From NCBI GenBank assembly GCA_021814445.1, contig JAKAIF010000001.1:6070-62440 (forward strand): DNA of 56,371 bases. Reading direction: 5' to 3'. How positions within the stretch are numbered: position 1 is the first letter of the stretch; the number at the start of each line of letters is the position of its first letter. The DNA comes from a bacterium (GTDB lineage Bacteria; Patescibacteriota; Minisyncoccia; UBA6257; JAGOQP01). The translations under genes and the position numbers were made by a program. This document shows positions 39,207 to 48,032 of this stretch, piece after piece. The notes beneath the pieces were generated by a model, which was not told the DNA's origin, made no database searches, and saw only the letters and a list, made by a program, of their open reading frames with translations.

Positions 39207-39284
39207 TTGTGGCTAATATCAAACTACATATATCAAACTATAAACAAAGCAGATAGATAGACTTCGGAAATATTCATAAGATGC

Positions 39285-39316
39285 CCATTCGCCAATTCGC
39301 GCGAATTGGCGAATGG
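39285..39316. repeat. family 2 palindrome, copy 2
   Basis: ccattcgccaattcgcgcgaattggcgaatgg followed by ttgg, as in copy 3. Confidence 0.9.
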
Positions 39317-39357
39317 TTGGGGACAATATATAATTTTATTTTTTTATCTATAAAAAT

Positions 39358-39645
39358 ATGATTATACATACAAAACGCTGGGTTCAAATATTTAAGTTAT
39401 TTGCAAATGTAAATCGTGTAAAGATTATTATATTATTGCAACAAAAAGGGTCTCCGTTGAATGTGACTGATATTTCTGATGATCTTAATATTTCTCTCAA
39501 ATCCACCTCTAAACATTTGATTATGTTGGATCGGCTTGATGTCATAAATGGAGAGGGGAAGTCTGGGCATGTATTTTATATGTTAAATCCAAATATGCCC
39601 GCCGATATTAAGCAAGCGATATCCTTATTTATAAAGCCAAAGTAA
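39358..39645 (+). CDS. ArsR/SmtB-like winged-helix transcriptional regulator
   Basis: 95 aa. LFANVNRVKIIILLQQKGSPLNVTDISDDLNISLKSTSKHLIMLDRLDVI fits the ArsR HTH pattern. Confidence 0.6.
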   Translation: MIIHTKRWVQIFKLFANVNRVKIIILLQQKGSPLNVTDISDDLNISLKSTSKHLIMLDRLDVINGEGKSGHVFYMLNPNMPADIKQAISLFIKPK

Positions 39646-39652
39646 TATTTAT

Positions 39653-39682
39653 CATTCGCCAATTCGCGCGAATTGGCGAATG
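39653..39682. repeat. family 2 palindrome, copy 3
   Basis: cattcgccaattcgcgcgaattggcgaatg followed by gttgg. Confidence 0.9.
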
Positions 39683-39788
39683 GTTGGTTTGCGGATACTT
39701 ATGGATATTAGTGGATATTATATGTATATGATCTGTGTGTTGATATTATAATTTGGATATTGGAGCGTGGTGCTTTATACTATACCCT

Positions 39789-41072
39789 ATGGGATTGGAA
39801 TCATTAATACCAAATAAGAACAATCAACAACCGCAACAAAATGGCGGTTTTATTCGTGATGTCACGCGAGATGACATTGATGAATTAGATATTGAAGAAA
39901 CACGCTATACCGTGCGCCGCGAACGAGATGATTTGGGTGTATTGAGTTCTCTGCTTGCGGGAACTTCTCATCCCACACGAGAACCCTCTCCGTTTCAACA
40001 AACGCAGTCACCCTATGCGGCGCCACACTATCCAGCGTACAATGAACCACACACCACACACCACACACCACGTGCATATCAAGAACCACCTGTACGTGAG
40101 ACGTATCGTGAAACAGAATCTTTTGATCAACCTGTACGTGAAGAGTGGTCCGAAACACAAAGACCACCGATTCATTCACAACCTACATCTTCACCGTCTG
40201 CGATGGTACGAGAATCATTTGTGAGTCCCAAACAAAAAACCGAACATGAGATTCCCATGTTAGCGGGACCTATTTTTCAAGTGGAGGTGGGGAAGATTCA
40301 AGATAATCCCTATCAACCTCGCAAAGAATATGATGCCACTGCGCTTGATGAGCTCGCGGCGTCCATTCGTGAATTTGGTGTTATGCAGCCATTGGTGGTA
40401 ACGCGTATGAATGAGGAAACCGAAGATGGTCTTCGTACTACGTATCAATTAATCGCGGGGCATCGCCGCTTGATGGCGTCAAAGAAAGTGGGACTCAAAA
40501 CAGTCCCGGTGGTTATTCGGAGTGCTCTCAAACGTGGTGATGCGCTTGAGATGGCTATTGTAGAAAATATTCAGCGACAAGATTTAAACGTAGTAGAGAC
40601 CGCTCGCGCATACGCGCGACTCTCTGATGAATTTGGACTGACGCAACGAGAGATTGCGGCGCGATTGGGGAAGAGTAGGGAATCTATTGCGAATACCTTG
40701 CGTTTGCTTTCACTGCCCACACATATGCAAGATGCTGTTTCCGCGGGAAACATAAATGAAAGTCATGCGCGCATTTTGATGCAGATTCAAGATCCGATAC
40801 AACAACAAAAAATGTTTGATCAAATTGTTCGCGAGGGACTCAGTGTGCGTGATGTAAAACGAGTGTTGTCTCATGCAACGCCTCATGCGCATACCACACA
40901 TCAATCCGTCAATCCTGCTATGAAATCGTTAGAGCAAGATATTTCTGATGTGGTGGGTGCTCCCGTACATATTGAACTCTCAGATAAAGGAGGAAAAATT
41001 GTGATTCATTTTTATTCACCTGAAGAAGTGCAGGGGATTGCGCAAAGAATTAGGAAGGAACAGCAGTACTGA
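39789..41072 (+). CDS. parB: chromosome partitioning protein ParB/Spo0J with long low-complexity N-terminal spacer
   Basis: Starts MGLESLIPNK. ParB boxes include LIAGHRRLMASKKVGL and VPVVIR, and there is an HTH LTQREIAARLGKSRESIANTLRLL. About 170 aa of Pro/Glu/Thr/His-rich sequence precede the ParB domain. The track start TTG 39753 is less likely. Confidence 0.9.
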   Translation: MGLESLIPNKNNQQPQQNGGFIRDVTRDDIDELDIEETRYTVRRERDDLGVLSSLLAGTSHPTREPSPFQQTQSPYAAPHYPAYNEPHTTHHTPRAYQEPPVRETYRETESFDQPVREEWSETQRPPIHSQPTSSPSAMVRESFVSPKQKTEHEIPMLAGPIFQVEVGKIQDNPYQPRKEYDATALDELAASIREFGVMQPLVVTRMNEETEDGLRTTYQLIAGHRRLMASKKVGLKTVPVVIRSALKRGDALEMAIVENIQRQDLNVVETARAYARLSDEFGLTQREIAARLGKSRESIANTLRLLSLPTHMQDAVSAGNINESHARILMQIQDPIQQQKMFDQIVREGLSVRDVKRVLSHATPHAHTTHQSVNPAMKSLEQDISDVVGAPVHIELSDKGGKIVIHFYSPEEVQGIAQRIRKEQQY

Positions 41073-41112
41073 AAATTAGAGGGTTAGTTAATAGAGGTGA
41101 GGGGATAGGTAA

Positions 41113-41214
41113 CTGTGCATAACTTATATGACACACCATAAAAAACAGCCAATGAGGCTGTTTCGTTTTGGGGTTGACGTAGGCGCTTGTATATTTTGTT
41201 ATATTATATATAAT
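41113..41214 (+). repeat. family 4 intergenic module (conserved box + terminator stem-loop + promoter), copy A
   Basis: ctgtgcataacttatatgacacaccataaaaaacagccaatgaggctgttt...ggggttgacg...tataat. Related copies at 43366, 49590, 52445 and partly at 21635. Confidence 0.8.
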
Positions 41215-41269
41215 CAAGTCGTGGGTTAGTTCCCACAAGAGCTCTTCAAAACTAAATACTGAGGTATTT

Positions 41270-41443
41270 ATGGCCGTTCAAAAACACAAGGTCACCGCAG
41301 GAGCTAGAATTTTGAAATCAATTAAAACAGAGGTTGCTTTACAAAAGAAGAAAACACAGGCCTCTGGGAAGAATATGATTTCAGATTGTAGTGAATTAAA
41401 CTGCAGTACCTATTGTTCCGATCACCAAGACGCGGGTAATTGA
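41270..41443 (+). CDS. candidate RiPP precursor peptide (57 aa, below the ORF-track cutoff)
   Basis: The ATG lies 5 nt after gagg, downstream of the copy A promoter. The peptide is MAVQKHKVTAGARILKSIKTEVALQKKKTQASGKNMISDCSELNCSTYCSDHQDAGN: a Lys-rich leader and a C-terminal core with three Cys-Ser pairs. It ends 123 nt upstream of the radical SAM/SPASM gene. Confidence 0.5.
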   Translation: MAVQKHKVTAGARILKSIKTEVALQKKKTQASGKNMISDCSELNCSTYCSDHQDAGN

Positions 41444-41566
41444 TTTGATGTCTTGGTATTAGGGGATTTAGCCGCTTCTACGATTTACTGTGGGGGCGGC
41501 AAACCTTATTCAATTTTATTTGAAAATTAAAATGTAATAAATAATAAACTAGGAGATATTAAAGAA

Positions 41567-42652
41567 ATGAGAGAGAAAATAACGGTCATGATTTTACCAG
41601 TCGGGTTGTCGTGTTTGTTGGATTGTTCCTATTGTTATCATGGTGGAAAGGAATCATTTGGTTGTAAGTCAAGGATTCAAATCATACCAGATTATATTCT
41701 AAAAAAGGTGGTATACGATAGCGTCCAATTGGCAAAGAATATTGATTTTCTATCACACGGAGGAGAGCCTCTTCTTGCTGGGCTGCCTTATTTTAAAAAA
41801 CTCGTTGGTTTTCAGGAGCGGATTGATTTCAATGGAATCATCCGTAATATAATTCAGACTAATGCGGTTCTGCTTGATAAAAATAAGGTTCAGTTTTTTT
41901 CGAAAATGGGTTTTATTCTTAGCACAAGCGTGGATGGTTCAAAAAGGTTACATGATGCAAATAGACATTTTTCTAACGGTGGGGGTAGTTATAACCTTGT
42001 AAAATTAGGAGTGAAACTCTGGCGTTCTGTGGAAGAGGGTAAAAATCTCATTGGAGCAGTTACTCTTATAACAAGTACCAACGTTGATTATCCGGAGGAG
42101 GTCTTTAATGGATTGAAGAAGTGTGGTGTTACCAGTTGTGCCCTTCATTTTTGTTCTCAGAATGAAAGCGGTTCTATAACCAATATCCCCGAAGACTTTA
42201 AAACATTAGATTTCTTGAAGAAATTTTTTGATTTATGGTTTGAGAAAGATGATCCGAAGTTTCCAATAAGAAATTTTAGGAACATTCTAAGGGTTTTGTG
42301 TGGTGGAACTACTTTAGACTGTGCTTCTACGGTTGGTGGTTGTTCTGGATTTATAGCCGTTGATCAAGGTGGAGATGTTTATCCGTGTCATAGATTCGTC
42401 GGCAATCCTGATTTTAAGATAGGAAATATACTTGAGAAATCTCTCCGGGAGATATATGAGGATGGTGCTGATCTTTACGCGCGGATCTCTAAGCTTCATG
42501 AGTCTTGTTCTTCTTGTGAATTTTTAAATATGTGTGGTGGGGGATGTTCGTATGAAAAATATGTTGTCTGTGGGGATTTTGGTGGTGTTCCCCCAGAATG
42601 TAAAATAAAGAAAGAATTATTTCTTTATATTAGAGACAAAGTATCTTTTTAA
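41567..42652 (+). CDS. radical SAM enzyme with C-terminal SPASM domain (peptide maturase / anSME-like)
   Basis: 361 aa. CLLDCSYC (Cx3Cx2C) near the N-terminus, HGGEPLL, and the SPASM signature CSGFIAVDQGGDVYPC...CSSCEFLNMCGGGC (Cx2Cx5Cx3C) plus further Cys residues. aggag SD 8 nt upstream. Confidence 0.9.
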   Translation: MREKITVMILPVGLSCLLDCSYCYHGGKESFGCKSRIQIIPDYILKKVVYDSVQLAKNIDFLSHGGEPLLAGLPYFKKLVGFQERIDFNGIIRNIIQTNAVLLDKNKVQFFSKMGFILSTSVDGSKRLHDANRHFSNGGGSYNLVKLGVKLWRSVEEGKNLIGAVTLITSTNVDYPEEVFNGLKKCGVTSCALHFCSQNESGSITNIPEDFKTLDFLKKFFDLWFEKDDPKFPIRNFRNILRVLCGGTTLDCASTVGGCSGFIAVDQGGDVYPCHRFVGNPDFKIGNILEKSLREIYEDGADLYARISKLHESCSSCEFLNMCGGGCSYEKYVVCGDFGGVPPECKIKKELFLYIRDKVSF

Positions 42653-42656
42653 AACT

Positions 42657-42685
42657 AAAAAAAGAGACTTAGGTCTCTTTTTTTT
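42657..42685. terminator. bidirectional stem-loop between the convergent rSAM and methyltransferase genes
   Basis: aaaaaaagagac-ttag-gtctcttttttt. Confidence 0.75.
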
Positions 42686-43274
42686 GAGCTACTATTTGTA
42701 CAATGTAATGACTGTGTGGATCTGGATATCCTTGGTGTCCTTTATCTTTTACCTCATTTTCTTCACAGGCGAGAATGTTCCATTCATTAAACCCACTCTT
42801 TAATTCTTCTGGTGTAAAAAATGAGAAGAACCCACCATCTTTTTTCTGAAATGAACCCTTCTCAATTTCTTGTGATGTCTCCTTTAATTTATAGAACATA
42901 GCATCATTTGGAGTGAATAAGGATATTACTATGATCCCGTCTTTTAGTGTGGATTCTTTTATTCTTTCTATGATAGAGAAAGCCTTTGATTTTTGTAAGA
43001 AACAGAGAGAGTGAAGGGCGAGGACCATTGAATATTTATTTTCTTTGAAATTAAAATTTTGTATATCTTCTCTTTGTGCGGATAGATTTAAGTTTTCTTC
43101 TTGGGCAGTTTTTGAGAGGTTTTGTATTACCTGCTCTTTTGTATCTATGGCAATTACTTTAAAACCATTTCGCGCAAGAAATAAAGATTCATTTCCGACC
43201 CCACATCCAAGATCAAGGGCGGTTCCTTTTGGTAGGGTGCTAATATATTTTTTGATAAACTCGCGAGCGCTCAT
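42669..43274 (-). CDS. class I SAM-dependent methyltransferase (TehB-like)
   Basis: 201 aa. ALDLGCGVGNESLFLARNGFKVIAID (motif I plus acidic loop). Convergent with the rSAM gene. Confidence 0.8.
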   Translation of the reverse strand: MSAREFIKKYISTLPKGTALDLGCGVGNESLFLARNGFKVIAIDTKEQVIQNLSKTAQEENLNLSAQREDIQNFNFKENKYSMVLALHSLCFLQKSKAFSIIERIKESTLKDGIIVISLFTPNDAMFYKLKETSQEIEKGSFQKKDGGFFSFFTPEELKSGFNEWNILACEENEVKDKGHQGYPDPHSHYIVQIVAQKKET

Positions 43275-43365
43275 GATTCTTTATTTTTTATAATATGAAA
43301 CAGTATATCTTAGATGGGAAGCTAATGAAATAGACGTTTTAATTGCAACCACTATTGATGGCCCT

Positions 43366-43467
43366 CTGTGCATAACTTATACGACACACTATAAAAAACA
43401 GCCAATGAGGTTATTTCATTTTGGGGTTGACATTGGTTCTTGCATATTTTCTAGCATGTTTTATACT
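43366..43467 (+). repeat. family 4 intergenic module, copy B (stem degenerate)
   Basis: ctgtgcataacttatacgacacactataaaaaacagccaatgaggttattt...ggggttgaca...tatact. Confidence 0.8.
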
Positions 43468-43526
43468 AATAAAGTAGTAAAAAATTCTCTAATATTAGAA
43501 CTTTCACAACAAAATAGAGGCAGAAG

Positions 43527-43895
43527 ATGAAAAAGAGATCTGTGGTTTTACTAGTAGTGTGTATAATTATAGCATTGGGGGCATCTTTCGTTTTATTGAA
43601 TAAGACGGTGGTTAAACAGAAAGAAGTTTCAGTTGAACGATTTGTGAACATACGGTCGGGCGATTTCGTTAGATATCTTGGGTCTTGGTGCCAAGTGACT
43701 CGGACAAATCAAGGAACCATCACGTTTAAGTATAATTCTGTCCCAGTTCCCTTCATCGCCCATAATATGACTAGTAACGTTCCTGTTCCCGATGAACTCG
43801 CAGGTAATCTTGGAATTGATTCTGTTGTTTATAGGGCAACAAATCATATTGTCTGGGATTCTCTTGTACTCCACTATCATTCACACGATCAGTAA
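43527..43895 (+). CDS. hypothetical protein with N-terminal signal/anchor
   Basis: 122 aa, MKKRSVVLLVVCIIIALGASFVLL. Followed by a perfect 30-nt palindrome. Confidence 0.5.
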   Translation: MKKRSVVLLVVCIIIALGASFVLLNKTVVKQKEVSVERFVNIRSGDFVRYLGSWCQVTRTNQGTITFKYNSVPVPFIAHNMTSNVPVPDELAGNLGIDSVVYRATNHIVWDSLVLHYHSHDQ

Positions 43896-43914
43896 GTAGC
43901 TTATTTATAGTTTG

Positions 43915-43944
43915 GGACGTCTATTATAATTATAATAGACGTCC
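43915..43944. terminator. perfect 30-nt palindrome
   Basis: ggacgtctattataattataatagacgtcc. Confidence 0.65.
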
Positions 43945-44095
43945 TAATTTTTGTACTCTAAATCATTGTAATTTTCTAATGTCTATTGTACACTTACACG
44001 AATGTGTAGGACTGTCTGTCCTATATTGACTTACTTGTTAATTTATGCTATTCCTAAATTAGTTATTTTACGTAAATTAAATAGGAGACAAATCA

Positions 44096-45796
44096 ATGAA
44101 TAGGAAAATTTTTATTGGTCTTGCGTGGCCATATGCAAATGGGAGTTTGCATCTAGGTCACATATCAGCGTTTATAGGAGCTGATGTCCTTGCACGATAT
44201 TATCGTCTTATTGGTGATCAGGTTTTGTTGGTTTCTGGAAGTGATTGTTATGGTACCCCCATTGCCGTTGAAGCAGCTGAAACGGGCATCAAACCATCCG
44301 ATATTGCGAATAAATATCACGAAGAATTCAAAAAAAATCTTATTGAAGGTTTGGATTTTTCATATGATATTTATACTCGCACCACAACTGATCAGCATAC
44401 CAAAGTTGTGCAAGAGTTTTTTCTTGAGTTATATAATAAAGGACTCTTGTATACCAAAACCGAAAATGCTCTATATTCACCATTACTTAAAAGATTCCTT
44501 CCTGATCGTTTTGTAGAGGGAACATGTCCAAAATGCAGTTATGAGAGTGCTCGCGGCGATCAATGTGATAACTGTGGTTCTCTTCTTGATTCTCTTGAGT
44601 TGAAAAACCCTCGGATCAATCCAAAAATTCTAAAAAGAGAAGGGGTATTGAACGACCAAGATCTTTATCTAGAAGTAAGACAATCTGAGCATTTTTATCT
44701 GAAGCTTACCGCTCTACAGGGAATATTAGAGAAGTGGGTTGAAAAAACAAGCGGGCCATGGCGTTCAAATGCGCGGAGTTTTGCAAAAGGTTTCTTAAAA
44801 CAAGGACTTCATGATCGTGCTATTACACGCGATACCGATTGGGGAGTTCCAATTCCTCTTCCGGGATATGATTCAAAACGAATCTATGTTTGGTTTGAGG
44901 CGGTTATAGGATATTTGTCCGCATCCAAGTTATGGGCGGAGCAACAAGGGAGTCCTGATGCCTGGAAGGAATTTTGGCAAAATGAAAATGCTATACATTA
45001 TTATGTACACGGAAAAGACAATATTCCCTTCCATACTATCATTTGGCCAGCTCTTCTGTTTGCAAAAGAGGATCTCCATCTTCCTGATTTTATTATTTCA
45101 TCGGAATACCTTAATCTTGAAGGAAGGCAATTCTCTAAAAGTAGGGGGTGGGCGGTGTGGCTCCCAGATTTTTTGAAGGAATTTGACGCGGAGACCCTTA
45201 GATATTTTCTGATAGTAAATGGTCCAGAGACTAGCGATGCGAGTTTTTCATGGTCAGAATATGCTCAAGCGGTGAACTCAGAGCTTATTGGAACATTTGG
45301 AAATCTTGTAAATAGAATTCTTTCTTTTACTGGAACACATTTTCCTGCTGGAGTTCGTTTTGTAGAATCTCTTGACAAAGATTCTATAGAACTTCTTCAG
45401 TTGGCGCAAAATGCCTTTCCTTTGGTTGGAGGGCTAATCGAAAAGGGTAAATTTCGTCCTGCTCTGAAAGCAATATTAGATGTTGCTGATCATGGAAATC
45501 GTTTTATTCACAACAAAGAACCGTGGAAAAAGATAAAAGATGAAACGAAGAGAGATGGGGTTGAGACTGATCTTGCGGTAGCTATCCAACTAGTTCGTGT
45601 ACTCGCTATACTCATACACCCATTTTTACCAAGAACAGCGGAGAAAATCTATAATTATTTGGATCCTGTAATACAAAACCCAACATGGATATATCCAGAG
45701 CCGAATCAAATTCAAAGAGTTGTTCAACCTTCACTTTTATTCAGTAAGATTGACGAAAAGAAGATAGAAGAACAACGTTCGAAGCTAACGGGTTAA
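44096..45796 (+). CDS. metG: methionyl-tRNA synthetase (short form, no C-terminal tRNA-binding domain)
   Basis: 566 aa. WPYANGSLHLGH (HIGH), Zn knuckle CPKCSYESARGDQCDNCGS, QFSKSRG (KMSKS). aggag SD upstream. Confidence 0.9.
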   Translation: MNRKIFIGLAWPYANGSLHLGHISAFIGADVLARYYRLIGDQVLLVSGSDCYGTPIAVEAAETGIKPSDIANKYHEEFKKNLIEGLDFSYDIYTRTTTDQHTKVVQEFFLELYNKGLLYTKTENALYSPLLKRFLPDRFVEGTCPKCSYESARGDQCDNCGSLLDSLELKNPRINPKILKREGVLNDQDLYLEVRQSEHFYLKLTALQGILEKWVEKTSGPWRSNARSFAKGFLKQGLHDRAITRDTDWGVPIPLPGYDSKRIYVWFEAVIGYLSASKLWAEQQGSPDAWKEFWQNENAIHYYVHGKDNIPFHTIIWPALLFAKEDLHLPDFIISSEYLNLEGRQFSKSRGWAVWLPDFLKEFDAETLRYFLIVNGPETSDASFSWSEYAQAVNSELIGTFGNLVNRILSFTGTHFPAGVRFVESLDKDSIELLQLAQNAFPLVGGLIEKGKFRPALKAILDVADHGNRFIHNKEPWKKIKDETKRDGVETDLAVAIQLVRVLAILIHPFLPRTAEKIYNYLDPVIQNPTWIYPEPNQIQRVVQPSLLFSKIDEKKIEEQRSKLTG

Positions 45797-45836
45797 AACT
45801 GATTTTGAAACAGTGTCTGTGAAAATATTAGTTATT

Positions 45837-45864
45837 CCGGGGTCTTACTATTGTAAGACCCCGG
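45837..45864 (+). terminator. rho-independent terminator after metG
   Basis: ccggggtcttac-tatt-gtaagaccccgg followed by ttttt. Confidence 0.8.
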
Positions 45865-45898
45865 TTTTTGATATACTTAATTTAATTAGTATAAATTC

Positions 45899-47362
45899 AT
45901 GGTGCTTAATAACAAGAATAAAAATAGTGCGAAGAGACTCTTTTCAGAAGCCATTGATATTGGTATTGGTTTTAAGCTACAAGATGCTGTCTCAAAAAAA
46001 CATATAACCGATGAAGATATTGAAAGAATTATTTGTAATCTTCCTCATGCAGGTATATCGGTTAAAAATATTTTGCGTGATTTTAAAAAAGATATCCTGC
46101 CATTCTGTACCAATTTTAGTAGTAGAAACTTTTTAGGGTTTCCTGATGCAGGAAATTCTATTGCTGCGCTTGAGGGAGGGATCTTGTCTGATTTTTTGCA
46201 ACAAAATCTTATAAATCAAAGTTTCTGTGCGCCAGCGGCAACATTCGTTGAGATAGCAGTTCTCCAATGGCTTCGTGAAATTGTAGGATATAAAAAACAG
46301 AAACCAAAAGACATTTGGGAGGTTGGGGGAATTATAACTCCCGGTGGTACAGTTAGTAACTCGGTTGCGATGATGCTCGCGCGCGAGAATAAAGAACCCG
46401 GGACTCTTGAAAGGGGTGTTGTGGATCCCAAATCGTATCAAGTAATTGTTCCAAAAGGGATTGGTCATTATAGTGTGAAAAGTGGACAGATGTGGATTGG
46501 GTGCGGTAATAATTTACTTGAAGTAGAAACAAACGATTTTCGTTATGATTTGAAAAAATTAAAACATACCTTATTGGAAAATAAAGGAAAAATCATGGCC
46601 CTTGTGGCATATGCGGGGGATAGCAGGACTATGACAGTTGACAATCTTAATGCTATTGCAGATCTTGTACATGCCATAGATCCAAAGATTTGGTTACATG
46701 CTGATGCTTGTCACGGATTTAGTTTAGGCTTTAGTCAAAAATTGCGATACAAGATAAAAGGAATTGAAAAGTTTGATAGTATATCAATGGATCCACATAA
46801 AGTTATGCTGGTTCCATATACACTAAGTGTTCTTCTAGTAAAGAATTCCGAAAATATGAAGAAAATAACTAGTATGTCTGATCTTATTATGCAGGAACAA
46901 TTTGCGTTTGGTCAGATCACGCCATTTCTTGGTAGTAAACCGTGGAGTTCTCTTAAATTGTGGTTTATGATGAAGAATTTTGGGAAAAAGGGGCTTGATG
47001 AATTAATCACTAAACGTCATAATCTTGCAGTATATCTTGCAGACAAATTAGGAAAAGATTCTGACTTTAAAGTCTTAAATCGTGTAGAAATAAACTCGGT
47101 AGCGTTTTTTTACACCGGTGTGGATAAGTCACAAATTGATGAGATAAATTATGTGAATAAAGAAATACATAAGAAAATTCTAAATGAGGGGAAATTTCAT
47201 CTCCACCAATTTAGTATTCCTGACATTGGTTTATTTAAGAAAGGAGATGTTGTATATCCACTTCGTTTTATGTGCGGTAATCCAAACGTTACTACGAAAA
47301 ATATTGATGATATGGTTGAATATATTCGATCAATAGGAAGAAAGATAAAACGTAGAAAATAG
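45899..47362 (+). CDS. PLP-dependent group II amino-acid decarboxylase
   Basis: 487 aa. GGTVSNSVAMMLAR, HADACHG, SMDPHKVMLVPY (PLP lysine in the DPHK motif). Confidence 0.85.
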   Translation: MVLNNKNKNSAKRLFSEAIDIGIGFKLQDAVSKKHITDEDIERIICNLPHAGISVKNILRDFKKDILPFCTNFSSRNFLGFPDAGNSIAALEGGILSDFLQQNLINQSFCAPAATFVEIAVLQWLREIVGYKKQKPKDIWEVGGIITPGGTVSNSVAMMLARENKEPGTLERGVVDPKSYQVIVPKGIGHYSVKSGQMWIGCGNNLLEVETNDFRYDLKKLKHTLLENKGKIMALVAYAGDSRTMTVDNLNAIADLVHAIDPKIWLHADACHGFSLGFSQKLRYKIKGIEKFDSISMDPHKVMLVPYTLSVLLVKNSENMKKITSMSDLIMQEQFAFGQITPFLGSKPWSSLKLWFMMKNFGKKGLDELITKRHNLAVYLADKLGKDSDFKVLNRVEINSVAFFYTGVDKSQIDEINYVNKEIHKKILNEGKFHLHQFSIPDIGLFKKGDVVYPLRFMCGNPNVTTKNIDDMVEYIRSIGRKIKRRK

Positions 47363-47363
47363 T

Positions 47364-48023
47364 ATGAATATAAAAACCAGCATTTTTAGAGAAATAACTT
47401 CTTTTTCTAAAGAACACCTGCGCCATCTTGATCATTTTATTCTCGTTTATGGTTCATATGCCTCTGGGCATTATTGTGACACATCCGACATTGATGTTTT
47501 TATTATTGTGGAAAAATATAACAGTAAAGATTTTACTAGATCTTTAAATTTTCTAACCGACTTGCATGATCGTTATAATTTAAAGATCGATAATGAAGTT
47601 CCATATGTCAATAAACTTATTGTGTCATACAAAGATGTGATGCGCGCTATCGCGTTAGATCCTTTTATCTATAAAGAAGAAAAGTATTATATTCCCCCAA
47701 TAAGGAAATCAAAAAAGTTTCTCTCGTCTCAAGAAATTCGTTGGAGACTTATCTTAAACGCCCTAACATCTCCTCACTTGTTTATCTACGGAAATAAAAA
47801 GAAATATCTTTCATTTAAAAATGACATGGAAAAATCAATAGTGAGGCTTGCTCTTGGGCTCGTGGGGACACAAAAACCAACCATAAACAACTTAATAAAG
47901 ATACTCCTTACCAGTACACATGGAGAAAGGGGGGAGATGTATTTGGGGTATAAAAAAGAAAGAAAAGAAGTTGTGGAATATCTAAAAAACCTCATAGAGA
48001 GGAATTCCGCGCTCCCTATATAA
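47364..48023 (+). CDS. nucleotidyltransferase-domain protein (Pol-beta superfamily)
   Basis: 219 aa, GSYASGHYCDTSDIDVFIIV (GSx9-10SDxD). Starts 1 nt after the decarboxylase stop. Confidence 0.7.
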   Translation: MNIKTSIFREITSFSKEHLRHLDHFILVYGSYASGHYCDTSDIDVFIIVEKYNSKDFTRSLNFLTDLHDRYNLKIDNEVPYVNKLIVSYKDVMRAIALDPFIYKEEKYYIPPIRKSKKFLSSQEIRWRLILNALTSPHLFIYGNKKKYLSFKNDMEKSIVRLALGLVGTQKPTINNLIKILLTSTHGERGEMYLGYKKERKEVVEYLKNLIERNSALPI

Positions 48024-48032
48024 TATATAGAC

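Noticed and set aside
41270-41443. The 57-aa peptide as ribosomal protein bL32 (N-terminus MAVQKHKxT resembles the MAVxxxKxS/T start of bL32; E. coli bL32 is also 57 aa)
   Set aside because: It lacks the conserved basic RRxH stretch and the CxxC...CxxC or equivalent body of bL32. It has an acidic Cys-Ser-rich tail and sits directly upstream of an rSAM/SPASM enzyme. I keep this as an explicit alternative to test with an HMM search.
43945-44095. T-box or other riboswitch leader upstream of metG (and likewise upstream of ileS at 10763-10860)
   Set aside because: The leaders are too short. I could not find the specifier-loop / T-box (AGAGA, UGGNA) architecture, only small generic hairpins.
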